Assembly: GCA_049602155.1 (NCBI GenBank)
Contig: JBMYRH010000009.1
Location: 95,391 to 159,390, forward strand
Reading direction: 5' to 3'
Origin: Myxococcota bacterium
GTDB taxonomy: Bacteria > Myxococcota_A > UBA9042 > PHBI01 > JBMYRH01
Length of the DNA: 64,000 nt
The translations under genes and the position numbers were made by a program. Shown piece after piece: positions 43,058 to 53,061 of this stretch (positions are counted from its first letter, which is position 1; each line of letters opens with the position of its first letter). The notes under the pieces were generated by a model. That model worked only from the letters and a program-made list of their open reading frames with translations, was not told the DNA's origin and did no database searches.

Positions 43058-43776
43058 TGAAGACCCTTCGCCTCTTAGCCCTCGCGGGTGCGATGTTGTT
43101 GGTCTTGTCGCCGTCGGCGTCAGCAGAGTCCTCACGCTCCATGATGCTCGAGCTTCATGCTGGGCCCTATACCCCGCAGATCGACCGCGCCTTTCTGTAT
43201 TCGACGCCCTACGCCGACTACTTCGCTGAGACACCGATGGTGATGCTCGGGATGCACTTGGATTACCAGGTGTGGCAGGGCTTCGGTAGCCTCGCTGTCG
43301 GGGCCGGCGCTCGCATCGGTTGGTCCGACGGGCTGGCGGTCAGCCAAGACGGGTCGACGTCGTCCGATACGACGAGCTTGAACGTCGTACCTTTGACGGC
43401 GACGGTGACCTATCGCTTTGACTGGCTCGCGCAGAACGTGGGGATCCCGCTGGTCCCCTACGCCAAGGTGGGGATGACCTACTCTGTGTGGTGGGTCACC
43501 AACGGCAGTGGCGAGATAGCCAACACCTACGACCTCGATGGTGTGGGGCGCGCCGGGTACGGAGGCACCTTTGGCTTCCATGCCGGCGGTGGTCTGCAGT
43601 TCCTGCTCGATTGGTTCGGAGCCGGTATGGCTGCCGAGTTTGACGCCGAGATTGGGGTCAACAACAGCTACATCTTCTTCGAGTACGCCTATCACAGCGT
43701 GAATGACTTCGGCTCGGAGACGAGCTTTGACTTGGGCGACGCTAACTTCAGCGCTGGCCTGATGTTTGAGTTCTAG
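43057..43776 (+). CDS. Small outer-membrane beta-barrel protein (239 aa), translationally coupled to the upstream gene.
   Basis: TAATG overlap with the upstream gene. Signal peptide MKTLRLLALAGAMLLVLSPSASA. Alternating amphipathic beta-strands and a C-terminal ...SAGLMFEF ending in Phe. Confidence 0.65.
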   Translation: MKTLRLLALAGAMLLVLSPSASAESSRSMMLELHAGPYTPQIDRAFLYSTPYADYFAETPMVMLGMHLDYQVWQGFGSLAVGAGARIGWSDGLAVSQDGSTSSDTTSLNVVPLTATVTYRFDWLAQNVGIPLVPYAKVGMTYSVWWVTNGSGEIANTYDLDGVGRAGYGGTFGFHAGGGLQFLLDWFGAGMAAEFDAEIGVNNSYIFFEYAYHSVNDFGSETSFDLGDANFSAGLMFEF

Positions 43777-43781
43777 AGCTG

Positions 43782-44594
43782 GTGTCCTCTGAAGCTCCCC
43801 TTCGCAACATTCGCCTGCTCGTTCAATACGAAGGGACGGACTTCTGCGGTTGGCAGCGCCAGGACGGGCTTCGCACCGTACAGGGCGAGCTGACGCGCGC
43901 CGTTCAGGAGATGGTGCATCACCCGGTGAAGCTCGGGGGCAGCTCGCGTACGGACGCAGGGGTCCACGCTGTGGGTATGCCTTCGAACTTTAAGACCCAC
44001 CGTGACATCCCCCTCATCGGCTTTGTCCGAGGGTTGAACGATAAGCTAGACCGCGACGTCGCGGTCCTTGAAGCTGTCGAGGTCCCTGCGGAATGGGATG
44101 CCCGCGACGCCGCGGTCGCGAAGAAGTATTGTTACCGCTATCTGCTGGGTGAGAGTCGTATGCCGCTCTGGGATAGGACGAGCTGGTGGGTGAAGCGTCA
44201 GTCTCTGGACGTGGAGGCGATGCACGAGGCAGCCCAGGCCTTTGTGGGCTCTCATGACTTCAGCTCGTTTCGAGCCTCGAAGTGCGTCGCGCGTACACGC
44301 CGCCGCTTGATGCACTCGCTTGATGTCTCTCGCTCGCAGGATGGCTCGCAGGTGGTCTTGAGGATCGTCGGTAACGCCTTCCTCACGCACATGGTTCGGA
44401 TCATGGCGGGGACGTTGTTTCGCGTCGGGGTAGGGCAGACACGTATCGATGAGGTCGCCGAGATCCTCGCAGCGAAAGAGCGCTCACATGCCGGGATGAC
44501 GGCGCCTTCTCGCGGCCTGACCCTCGAGAAGGTGTATTTCGAGGGGTATCCTCGGATCGGCAAAGTCACCACAGACTCAACCGCTGCACCTTGA
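43782..44594 (+). CDS. truA: tRNA pseudouridine(38-40) synthase.
   Basis: LLVQYEGTDFCGWQRQ, GSSRTDAGVHA (catalytic Asp), GNAFLTHMVR. GTG start 6 nt after the upstream stop. Confidence 0.9.
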   Translation: MSSEAPLRNIRLLVQYEGTDFCGWQRQDGLRTVQGELTRAVQEMVHHPVKLGGSSRTDAGVHAVGMPSNFKTHRDIPLIGFVRGLNDKLDRDVAVLEAVEVPAEWDARDAAVAKKYCYRYLLGESRMPLWDRTSWWVKRQSLDVEAMHEAAQAFVGSHDFSSFRASKCVARTRRRLMHSLDVSRSQDGSQVVLRIVGNAFLTHMVRIMAGTLFRVGVGQTRIDEVAEILAAKERSHAGMTAPSRGLTLEKVYFEGYPRIGKVTTDSTAAP

Positions 44595-44626
44595 CCAGGC
44601 CTAGTACCGCTTGCTAGCACGGAGCT

Positions 44627-45787
44627 ATGGCTGATCTCGCTGAGTTGATTGCCAGCCGCGATACGATCGTCGTGGTCGGCCCGGGTGGTGTGGGGAAGAC
44701 GACGACTTCGGCGTCCTTGGCGCTGCATGCTGCGCGCACTGGGCGCAAGGTGCTCGTCTTGACCGTCGACCCCGCTCGGCGCCTCGCGACCTCTCTTGGG
44801 TTGGATGATCTGGGTGCCACGGAGCAGCGCGTCTCACCCGCTCACTTCGCCGCCGCCGGCGTGGAGCTCGGTACGGGGGCACTTTACGCAATGATGTTGG
44901 ACACGAAGACAACCTTTGATGCGCTTGTCAGACGTCATGCGGGCTCGCCAGAAGCGCGCGATCGCATCCTGAACAACCGGTTCTATAAGCAAACATCGAC
45001 CACCCTCGCTGGCTCTCAGGAGTACATGGCGATGGAGAAGCTTTATGAACTGCGAGTAGAGCGAGACTACGACTTGATCGTGCTCGACACACCGCCTGCA
45101 GTGAACGCCGCAGACTTCTTCGATGCCCCGGAGCGGCTCAACAACTTCTTGGACTCGGGCTCACTGGGGATGCTCCTCACAGGGGTGCGTCGCGCCAGCC
45201 GCTTTGGATTCGGGCTCTTCAATTCGCTGCTGTCCCGGGTCATGAATCGCTTTATAGGCGCGGGGACCTTCGTCGATCTGCTCGATTTCCTTGAGTCATT
45301 CACCAGCATGTTTGGCGGGTTCAAGCTCCGGGCGAAGCGCGTCGCTGCGATGCTTCGGGCTCCGTCGACAGGCTTCGTGATCGTCAGCTCGACGGAGGTC
45401 GTCTCTCTCGATGAGGCCGTGGTGCTGCGTGAGCAGCTGGAGAGGACAGGCATGCCCTTCGGGGCGCTCCTCATCAACCGGGTGCGCTCCCCTTATCTCG
45501 ACCCTGAGGGTCTGGAGGGGCTCCAAGCGCGGTTCGCTGATGCGGCTGCGGACCTGAGCGGGGATGCGTCCTTGAGCGCGACGGCTATCGAGGGCGTATC
45601 GGAGCAGGTGGCGCGCGCCTGCCAAGATTACGCCGTGCTCGCAGAGGTGGACGCAGCCCGCGTGGAGGCTGTGACCCGCCGCCTAGGCGCTGACGGAGAG
45701 CAGGTTTGGACCGTCCCGCTCTTTGATGGGGACGTCCACGATCTCGAGAGCCTCGCTGCGTTTGCGGACCACGTCTTCGCGGATTAG
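44627..45787 (+). CDS. ArsA/GET3-family P-loop ATPase.
   Basis: VVVGPGGVGKTTTSASLAL (ArsA-type Walker A), VLVLTVDPARRL, DLIVLDTPP. Confidence 0.85.
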   Translation: MADLAELIASRDTIVVVGPGGVGKTTTSASLALHAARTGRKVLVLTVDPARRLATSLGLDDLGATEQRVSPAHFAAAGVELGTGALYAMMLDTKTTFDALVRRHAGSPEARDRILNNRFYKQTSTTLAGSQEYMAMEKLYELRVERDYDLIVLDTPPAVNAADFFDAPERLNNFLDSGSLGMLLTGVRRASRFGFGLFNSLLSRVMNRFIGAGTFVDLLDFLESFTSMFGGFKLRAKRVAAMLRAPSTGFVIVSSTEVVSLDEAVVLREQLERTGMPFGALLINRVRSPYLDPEGLEGLQARFADAAADLSGDASLSATAIEGVSEQVARACQDYAVLAEVDAARVEAVTRRLGADGEQVWTVPLFDGDVHDLESLAAFADHVFAD

Positions 45788-46548
45788 AGGAATTCGACGC
45801 GCAGCAGTTGTCGTCCGATGAAGACGTAGTCACCGTTGGACAGTGGGACCTCGGACTTGATCCGGAAGTATGTCCCATTGCGGCTGTTGAGATCCCGGAG
45901 CAGGGTCTCATGCTGGCTGACCTCAAGTCGTGCGTGGTGGTGGCTTATAAAGCGATCATGAGGGAAGTTGATGTCGCAATCATCGCGTCCAATGCTGACC
46001 TGTGGTCGCCGGATGCAGTGAGCTTGGCCCACTTGTCCGCCGTTGTGCAGCTGCTCTAGACGGAATGACCATGGGGTCACAGGGGTGCCACAAAAGACCG
46101 CGCCGTCGTCGCCCACGCGAACTGCAGCGGGGTTGTAGCAGGTGTAGCGCAGGACCTGCTCGCCGACGAGGAAGACCTCTCCGTCAGTCACTGGGACGGG
46201 CTCTTTGACTCGGATGAAGGTCCCGTTTCGGCTCCCCTCATCCCGGACGAAGAGCCTCCCGTCTGCATAGTAGAACGAGGCATGGATCGGGGAGACCGTC
46301 AGGTCCTCCGGGAAGAGGATGGGGCCCTCGCTTCGCCCGGCATAGTGGGACGTGGCATTGAGCTCAAAGACCATGCCATCTGTCGCGTCGCCTCGGATCA
46401 GCCTCAGGCGCGCCCGTCCAACCTCTGGCGCCTCAGAGTAGACGCTCTCCGCTGGTCGTGACTCTTTGGTCGCACGTAAAGGTTGGCCACAGGACCCGCA
46501 AAAGCGGTGCCCAGGTTCAACTTCGTGGCGACATGATTGGCACCTCAT
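45784..46548 (-). CDS. Zinc-ribbon plus tandem FHA-domain protein.
   Basis: N-terminal CQSCRHEVEPGHRFCGSCG zinc ribbon. Two FHA cores: GRSEG...SPIHASF...RDEGSRNGTFI and IGRDDCDINFP...ISHHHARL...RDLNSRNGTY. Confidence 0.85.
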   Translation of the reverse strand: MRCQSCRHEVEPGHRFCGSCGQPLRATKESRPAESVYSEAPEVGRARLRLIRGDATDGMVFELNATSHYAGRSEGPILFPEDLTVSPIHASFYYADGRLFVRDEGSRNGTFIRVKEPVPVTDGEVFLVGEQVLRYTCYNPAAVRVGDDGAVFCGTPVTPWSFRLEQLHNGGQVGQAHCIRRPQVSIGRDDCDINFPHDRFISHHHARLEVSQHETLLRDLNSRNGTYFRIKSEVPLSNGDYVFIGRQLLRVEFL

Positions 46549-46625
46549 TTCGCTCTCACTCCGCAGCGGTATGCACTTGTCTTGGACTATAGGAGCGGCC
46601 TCGAAAGAGCGTCAAGGCGTCGCGC

Positions 46626-49600
46626 TCAATGGGGCGATGAACCGCGCCAAACCGGGCTCTCTTTATGGGCCGCCTGCGCGGCGCTGAGGAGCGCCCTCGC
46701 TGCGGGGTGACCGGAGCGCCTCAGTGCGTCAAGCGCCTCGCGTGCGACATCGGCGATAGGATCGTTGATGAGATCCGCCAGGGTAGGCAGGAGTGGCGCC
46801 AAGTCGCGCGCTTTGGCGCTCCGGATAGCGGCAAGTCGCACTGAAGAGCCCTTGTCTCGGAGGAGACGTTGCATGATCGTGATCTGCATTGGACTTTGAG
46901 GTGCCGTCATCACCCCTGACGCTCGAGCCATCGCTGCTCGGACCTCCGTCGAGCGCTCGGCTCCGAGGTACCAGTCCATGAGCGCATGAGCGTGATGAGC
47001 ACTCGCTGTCGCAGAGTCAGGCGGGGGGGCGTGGGCGAGGACAGCGATCGCCGCCGATTGCAGCTCTGGCCATGGGCTTTGGAGCGCGCCTTTCGCGTGC
47101 CCCACGACGGTCGGCGTCATGGCTGCGGGTTCGAGCCGTGACAAGAGCTGAAGAGCTTTGGCTTGCGCCGACCCTCCCGCGCTACCCCCCGCCAACTCGA
47201 CCAACGCGTCGCGGGACGATTCCCAGAGGCGCGTCAGGACCTCCTGAACTTGGCTTTGATTCGTGGTCGCGGGGATTAAAGGGTGAAGCATCAGCGCACC
47301 GTGGGGACCCAGGCATGCGTCCAAGGCCTCGTTGATCTCCTCCACCGTCCCGTTACGCAACAGAGACGTCAGGCGGGCTTCAAGGAGCGGCAGCAGCGTG
47401 ACAGCTCGTCTGAGCCGCTCAGTCGCTGATGGAGGCGCGGGGAGTGTGGTCGCGATCAGCAGTCCTCTGTCAGTGCTGAGCCGTCCTCGTTCTTCGTCGA
47501 TCATCGCCGCGTACACATCCCGAACCTCTGACAAGTCGGGGGCGTTTCGTACGCTCGTGAGCGCCATGCCGAGGTGCCCTATCGGTCGACCGTCAGCGCG
47601 CCATAAACGCGCGATCAGGCGGCGCTGGGCGGCGGTCGTCCCCACCGCATTCAGGCCTCGACTGGCCAGGCGCCGCTCAAGCGGGTCGGCCGAGGCCAAC
47701 GCGCCGCCGAGGGTCAGTTCAACGGCGGGGCTCGGGGTCTGGCCGAGGGCCCAGACCGCGGCAATGCGTTGGCGCACGTCGGCGCTTCGGGCGAGGCGCT
47801 TGAGCGTTGGAGTCGCCGAAGGATCAGCCCTCGCGCCCATCGCCCAAGCGGCGAGGATCCGATGCTGCGGGTGCCGTGAATTCGCGATCTCAGCGAGCTT
47901 CTCTTGTGCTTTCGGTGCGCGGGCCAGCCCGAGCGCCCAGATCGCCACCCGCTGTCCATGACCGGTCGCCTCATCATAGAGCCGCCCGAGGGCGTCGACC
48001 GCAGAGGCGGTTCCGATCGCACCTAGGGCCGCAGCGACGGTCAGTCGAACGGCTGGGCTCTGGCCAAGCAAGATACGGGTCAACGCGGGGACGGCTCCTG
48101 GGGGGTGTGTCGCGCCGATCACCTCCAGTGCGCGCGCGCGGAGGGCGACATCGGCGCCGGTGAGGGCCTCTAGTAGAGGGCGCAGTGCTCGCTCTCCCAG
48201 GGCCTCAAGTTGCCGAGTTTTGATGTCTTTTGTCGGGCCGGACCAGCGGATCGCGCGCGCCGAGGCTAAGAAGACGTCGATCAAGAGCTTCAGGTACACG
48301 TCGCTTCGTCCCGAGCGCCTTACAGCCAGCGGTCTTAGCGCATCTTCGACGTCCCTGAGGCCTCGCGTCGCGATGGCCACCTGCAACAGCCGTCGCCCCG
48401 CCTTGAGAGCGTCCGAAGGTTGAGGGGTCTCACGGACGATATGGATGAGCTCCTGACGCTCGCGATCGGGCTGCTCGAGGGTGCGATACATATCGGCGAG
48501 CTTGAAGCGGACGGTGTCGTTTCTGGGATCGAGCAGCAGGACCTGCCGCCAGGCCTCGATGGACTCTTGCATGCGCCCCATGCGCCGATAGAGATCGCCG
48601 ACGCGGTCGTGGGCGGTCGGGGCCGCGGGGTTTAGGGCGACGACGCGCCGTGTGGTCTCAAGCGCACCCTTAAGATCACCACGGGCTAGGGCGAGGTCTG
48701 CAGCACGGTGCAGATAGTCGTATGCCTCTCTCGGGTTCAGCCGCGCCAGGGTCTCGAGGACCTCGATGGCGTCGACGACGCGGTCGCTGCGTGTGTAGAG
48801 CTGCTCGAGCGCTGTCAGCGTCTCGAGTCGCTTCGGAGCCAGCTGGCGGAGGCGCTCGAGCACGGCCTGTGCGCGTGTATCGTTGCGCTGGAGCAAGACG
48901 ACCTCGACGAGGAAGAAGCCGGCCTCGAGATCGGGTGGCTTTGCGTCGAACCGCGCGGTGAGTTCGCGCTCTTTTTGCCTCAGGGTGCCCGCGCGCTGCC
49001 AGAGCTGCACCACGCGCCGCCGTGCTTCAATGGACTTGGCGCTCTGTGATTCAGTGTCCAGGACGCGGCGCCATGCGGCGAGGGCCCCAATCGACTCCTT
49101 TTGTTGCTCTAAGAACGTCGCAAACGCGCGCAAGAAACGCGGATCATCTGGGCTCTTAGCGATCGCCGCTTCATACGCTTTCCGAGCCTCTTTGATCAGG
49201 CCGTGGTCCCTAAGGACTTCCGCGTGGCTCAAGTGGCCCGCCCCGCTCTTGGCGGCGAGCTTCCCCAGCGTGTGCCACGTGCGCTTCGCTCTCTCCCGAT
49301 CTCCTGTGCTCCACCAGTACTCACCGAGGCTGATAATGTGACCCTCTTCGCGCGGCTCGAGTTTCATGAGGGTGCGATAGGTCCGCTCTATGCGCGGTCG
49401 CTCTTTGTCGCCGCCATAGCGCATGGTCAGATCGATGATGCGCTGATGCACGCCAGGGTCATTGCGATAGCGTCGCCCGAGCGTGTCGAGCAGCCGGAAG
49501 CCCTTCGTGGTCTCATCCTGCTGAAAGTAGAGGTGGGCCAGGTTGAGCTCATGGCGCGGCTCACCCCGCGCGACCTTTACGAGGGCCTCGTGCTGAGCCA

Positions 49601-50669
49601 GCAGGGCCTTGGGGGGCCCGGTGCGCTCGAGGATACGGATCAGGCGGAGGCGTGTGGCGACGTCTCTTGTGTTGTTCGCGAGCGCCTTCTCTAGCCAGCG
49701 CCGCGCGAGGTCATCGCGGCCGAGCTCCTCATAGAGGTGCGCCAGAGTCAGCTGAGTGTGGCGATCCCGCACGCGCCCTCTCTCCAGCTCCTCCACGAGC
49801 GCTGGGAGGGCGTCTTTGCGTCGGTAGACGCTGACGAGCCCCTCGAGGAAGGCTGGACGGGCCCAATGGCTGGAAGACAGCGCCTTGAGGCCCTCGCGCC
49901 ACGTCGCCTCCGCGGCGCTAAGATCGCCCAGCTCCTCTTGGAGTGTCGCGACCTGCCTCCAGACGACGACTCGATGCTTGAGGGCGCTCCCGACCGCCTC
50001 TTGGACCTCAAGCCAGGCGGTCAGCGCAGCCCTTGGGAAGCCGCGACGGCTAAGGGTCGCTGCGGCCTCCATGTGCACGAAGGGTTTCCGAGGCGTCGCG
50101 TCACGGAGGGTGCTGTAGTAGCTCAGGGCACGTTGGAGTGATTTTGCTTCCAGGGCTGTGTCGGCTGCCTCTTGCCAGAGCGTGATTCGATCGTCGCGCT
50201 TTCGAGCGCGGCTGAGCGCGCTGTCAAAGGCGGCGAAGCTGTCCGTCCAGTCATGGGTGTGCCGCCACAGCCGCGCGAGCGCGAGGTGAGGTCTCCAGTC
50301 TTTCGGTGCGCCCGTGGCGGCCTTCTTGTAGGCGTCGACGGCTTGTGGGTGTCGATCGCCCGCGCGGTACAGGTGGCCAAGGACCACCCAGGTGCTGATC
50401 TGATCGGGGGTCGCTTTGGCGCGACCTTCGTAGGTGGTGATCACCCCGGAGAGGCCTCCCTGGGTGTGGGAGACCTCGAGGAGGCGTCGGAGGGCGTACG
50501 GTTGATAGGGATCGTCGCGCAGCATCGCCTCGTAGGTCGAAAAGAGCGCGCGGTCGCGGGCGTCTCGATCGGCCGTCTCTGCGTGAGGGCTGGCGCTAAA
50601 GAGCACCACAGTGAGCGCAAACGAGGCGCTCTGAAGCGATCGGCTGGTGATGGATGAGGAGACTGTCAC
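46626..50669 (-). CDS. Large TPR plus HEAT/PBS-lyase repeat protein (1347 aa), probably exported.
   Basis: GTG 50669. N-terminal hydrophobic segment SASFALTVVLFSASPHA. The N-terminal ~900 aa are TPR-like repeats. The C-terminal third has HEAT-like repeats (PAVRLTVAAALGAIG, RVAIWALG, RILAAWAMG, RIAAVWALG). Confidence 0.8.
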   Translation of the reverse strand: MTVSSSITSRSLQSASFALTVVLFSASPHAETADRDARDRALFSTYEAMLRDDPYQPYALRRLLEVSHTQGGLSGVITTYEGRAKATPDQISTWVVLGHLYRAGDRHPQAVDAYKKAATGAPKDWRPHLALARLWRHTHDWTDSFAAFDSALSRARKRDDRITLWQEAADTALEAKSLQRALSYYSTLRDATPRKPFVHMEAAATLSRRGFPRAALTAWLEVQEAVGSALKHRVVVWRQVATLQEELGDLSAAEATWREGLKALSSSHWARPAFLEGLVSVYRRKDALPALVEELERGRVRDRHTQLTLAHLYEELGRDDLARRWLEKALANNTRDVATRLRLIRILERTGPPKALLAQHEALVKVARGEPRHELNLAHLYFQQDETTKGFRLLDTLGRRYRNDPGVHQRIIDLTMRYGGDKERPRIERTYRTLMKLEPREEGHIISLGEYWWSTGDRERAKRTWHTLGKLAAKSGAGHLSHAEVLRDHGLIKEARKAYEAAIAKSPDDPRFLRAFATFLEQQKESIGALAAWRRVLDTESQSAKSIEARRRVVQLWQRAGTLRQKERELTARFDAKPPDLEAGFFLVEVVLLQRNDTRAQAVLERLRQLAPKRLETLTALEQLYTRSDRVVDAIEVLETLARLNPREAYDYLHRAADLALARGDLKGALETTRRVVALNPAAPTAHDRVGDLYRRMGRMQESIEAWRQVLLLDPRNDTVRFKLADMYRTLEQPDRERQELIHIVRETPQPSDALKAGRRLLQVAIATRGLRDVEDALRPLAVRRSGRSDVYLKLLIDVFLASARAIRWSGPTKDIKTRQLEALGERALRPLLEALTGADVALRARALEVIGATHPPGAVPALTRILLGQSPAVRLTVAAALGAIGTASAVDALGRLYDEATGHGQRVAIWALGLARAPKAQEKLAEIANSRHPQHRILAAWAMGARADPSATPTLKRLARSADVRQRIAAVWALGQTPSPAVELTLGGALASADPLERRLASRGLNAVGTTAAQRRLIARLWRADGRPIGHLGMALTSVRNAPDLSEVRDVYAAMIDEERGRLSTDRGLLIATTLPAPPSATERLRRAVTLLPLLEARLTSLLRNGTVEEINEALDACLGPHGALMLHPLIPATTNQSQVQEVLTRLWESSRDALVELAGGSAGGSAQAKALQLLSRLEPAAMTPTVVGHAKGALQSPWPELQSAAIAVLAHAPPPDSATASAHHAHALMDWYLGAERSTEVRAAMARASGVMTAPQSPMQITIMQRLLRDKGSSVRLAAIRSAKARDLAPLLPTLADLINDPIADVAREALDALRRSGHPAARALLSAAQAAHKESPVWRGSSPH

Positions 50670-50714
50670 ACTGGGATCTTCCCGAGGGCGTCATCTGCGG
50701 TCAATCTTCGCTGC

Positions 50715-52508
50715 ATGGCCAGAGGCTCCTCTTCGGTTATGATGGGCACAATGACAGGCACGACCACCCTCTATCCCCTCGAACTCTTCCGTCTCCTTGA
50801 GGTGATGTGGGAGGATCGCTTCGCCGGCAGCGTGATCTTGCGCGCTCGAGATGAGACGACGGTGCTCTACCTCGATGACGGTCAGGTCCGTTATGCGACG
50901 ACGACTGAGGTGTCCGGAACATTCCCCGGGTACCTGCTGACCGAGCAGTTCTTCTCTCGTGATCAAGTCCATGAGTGGCTTCAACACTGTGGAGAGGGGC
51001 AGACGACCCTCGAGGATCATTTGCTGTCCCAGCAGGTTCTAGACGCGCGTGCGGTCGTCGCGATGAAGACAGACCTTTGCCACGGGATCTTCGCGCGCGC
51101 CTTCTCGGTGGGCTCCACTGCCGAGGTGAAGCCCACACGGGGGGATCCTCTGCTCTTCGGCGACCTGGTACTGAACCCCTACGAGGGGCTCTTTCAGTGC
51201 GTCAGCGAAGGGCAAGCTCTCCCTCATCGGCTCAATGACCTGAGCGAGTATCTCGATCGCGGCCGCTTGATCCGTAGCCACGCATTCTTTCGTCTTTGGC
51301 CCCTGTTCAAGCGATGGTTCGATCCCTCCTTTGTCGGCCCGCTCTTCGCCTCCCCAGATGGGCTGAGGTCCGTCGGCTCCTCTCGCAAAGAGCGCTCGCT
51401 GTTGCTCACCTACACGTACCTGCTCCGTGAGACAGGGATGGCGTCCTTCGAGGACGAATCTCCGCGCTCGGCGTCGATGAGCAGCGCTCGTGCAGCCCCT
51501 ACACAACCTCCGGTGAAGGCCCCATCAGCAGCCCCTGCCGCGACGAAGTCTCTGCGCCGAGAGGCGACAGTCCCGGGCGGCTTCCCAGTCATCTCGGTCC
51601 CTAACAAGCCGGGGCCCTTATCCCCGCCCCCGCCGGCGAACCCAAGTCGTCGCGCTGCCCCAGCACCTCGCGCCAGCCGCCCATCCCCGACCCCCGTCGC
51701 GACGGTTGACCCATCAGAGTCCTTCGCTGACTTGCGCGGTAACCTCGTCGGCGCCGATTTGATCGCGTCTGCTGAGGATGCGCGCGGTCAGAGTTGTTAC
51801 GCCTTCTTGGAGATCGAGCCGCAGGCTGCACTGAGCGAGGTTCGGGCTGCTTGGCAGATGATGCGTCGGCGCTACGAGGAGGACCGTCACCGTGGCTTGA
51901 TGCTCAGGAATGAAGCAAAGACAGCGCTTAAGGAGCTTCAGAAGCGGACGGAGGCTGCGTATGACACCCTGACTGACCTCCGTCGACGGTTAGATCATGA
52001 CGCCCGCTTCGCGGTTGAGAACGTTCAATCCAAGCAAGTCCTTGAGGACGTCTTCTACGCCGAAGGCCTGTTTAAGGCGGCTCAGATTCGATTGACTGAA
52101 GAGCGCTATGTCGAGGCAGCGCAGCTCTTGGATGAGGCCTTTATCCGGAACCCGATGGAGCCCGAGTACCTCTCCTACCTCGCCTTCACCCTCTTTAACG
52201 GTCGTCTCGTCGGTGTGACCGTCGGCTCAGAAGATGAGGAGCCGGAGGGGCTCTTGACCCGGGCGTTAGCGATGAACAGCAGGTTGGAGAGTGCGTGGCT
52301 CTTCCGCGCACGCATCGCCGATCAAACGGGGCACGCTTCGCGCGCGATGGGCGCGTACATGACTGTGCTTGATATCGACGCGCATAATGACGAGGCGCGA
52401 CGGGCCGTGCGCGCCTTTAAAGAGGCTGGGGTCAGCCCTGCGGGGCGTTTGCGTCGAGAGCTCGCGCAGCGCCTGGGACGCTTGCTGGGTCGACGCGGAG
52501 CCGGCTGA
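50715..52508 (+). CDS. DUF4388 (PatA-like) N-terminal domain protein with Pro-rich linker, J-domain-like segment and TPR C-terminus.
   Basis: The N-terminus LYPLELFRLLEVMWEDRFAGSVIL resembles a DUF4388 response-regulator-like fold. Pro/Ala/Ser linker. QSCYAFLEIEPQAALSEVRAAWQMMRRRYEEDRH is J-like but lacks a clear HPD. C-terminal TPR-like repeats. Confidence 0.6.
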   Translation: MARGSSSVMMGTMTGTTTLYPLELFRLLEVMWEDRFAGSVILRARDETTVLYLDDGQVRYATTTEVSGTFPGYLLTEQFFSRDQVHEWLQHCGEGQTTLEDHLLSQQVLDARAVVAMKTDLCHGIFARAFSVGSTAEVKPTRGDPLLFGDLVLNPYEGLFQCVSEGQALPHRLNDLSEYLDRGRLIRSHAFFRLWPLFKRWFDPSFVGPLFASPDGLRSVGSSRKERSLLLTYTYLLRETGMASFEDESPRSASMSSARAAPTQPPVKAPSAAPAATKSLRREATVPGGFPVISVPNKPGPLSPPPPANPSRRAAPAPRASRPSPTPVATVDPSESFADLRGNLVGADLIASAEDARGQSCYAFLEIEPQAALSEVRAAWQMMRRRYEEDRHRGLMLRNEAKTALKELQKRTEAAYDTLTDLRRRLDHDARFAVENVQSKQVLEDVFYAEGLFKAAQIRLTEERYVEAAQLLDEAFIRNPMEPEYLSYLAFTLFNGRLVGVTVGSEDEEPEGLLTRALAMNSRLESAWLFRARIADQTGHASRAMGAYMTVLDIDAHNDEARRAVRAFKEAGVSPAGRLRRELAQRLGRLLGRRGAG

Positions 52509-53061
52509 GCATCTCTACCGCTAAGGTCAGAGCGTCCTCGCTCTTCGTGCGCCACTTCACCGTCACGATGGCGGTGATTGTGCCGCCGCCGTAGCTCGCG
52601 AACAGGGCGAAAGAGCGGCGCTTCATCCCAAAGGCGCGTCGCGTGACAGAGAGTCGCACGGTCTGCCACTGACCCTGCTGCAGGAGCCACTGACTGCTGC
52701 GAGCTTCGCAGATAGGTGTCAGGTGTGTCGGTCCAAGCTCGAGCAACTCAACGTCTCGACGTATGCGATCGAGCTGATCCTCTTGGCCAGCTCGCCCCCA
52801 GCGAATACTGGCCCATGCCTGGCCATCCGATGCTTCAAGGCTGAGGGTGCTGCCGTCCTGTCTGGCGCTCCAATCGGCGGGGTGACTGACGCGCACCCCG
52901 CTCTCCTTCAACGCTGTCTCTTTCCACCCCTCTCTCGGGGATGCGTCCGGCGTCTCGGTGACCAGAGGGCAGCCTAAGAGGTCCGTCGTAGGTGGTAACG
53001 CAGAGGCGGCGGGTGTGATGCAGACACAGAGCGCGAGCCCTGCTAAGACCCCGCGGCTCAC
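52432..53061 (-). CDS. Putative lipoprotein (209 aa); the GTG start overlaps the gshB stop.
   Basis: GTG 53061 (GTGA overlap with the gshB stop 53058-53060). N-terminus VSRGVLAGLALCVCITPAASA (lipobox-like LALC). The longer track ORF 52432..53280 is rejected. The 3' end overlaps the convergent 50715..52508 gene by 77 nt. Confidence 0.45.
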   Translation of the reverse strand: MSRGVLAGLALCVCITPAASALPPTTDLLGCPLVTETPDASPREGWKETALKESGVRVSHPADWSARQDGSTLSLEASDGQAWASIRWGRAGQEDQLDRIRRDVELLELGPTHLTPICEARSSQWLLQQGQWQTVRLSVTRRAFGMKRRSFALFASYGGGTITAIVTVKWRTKSEDALTLAVEMLSRLRVDPASVPGAARALDANAPQG

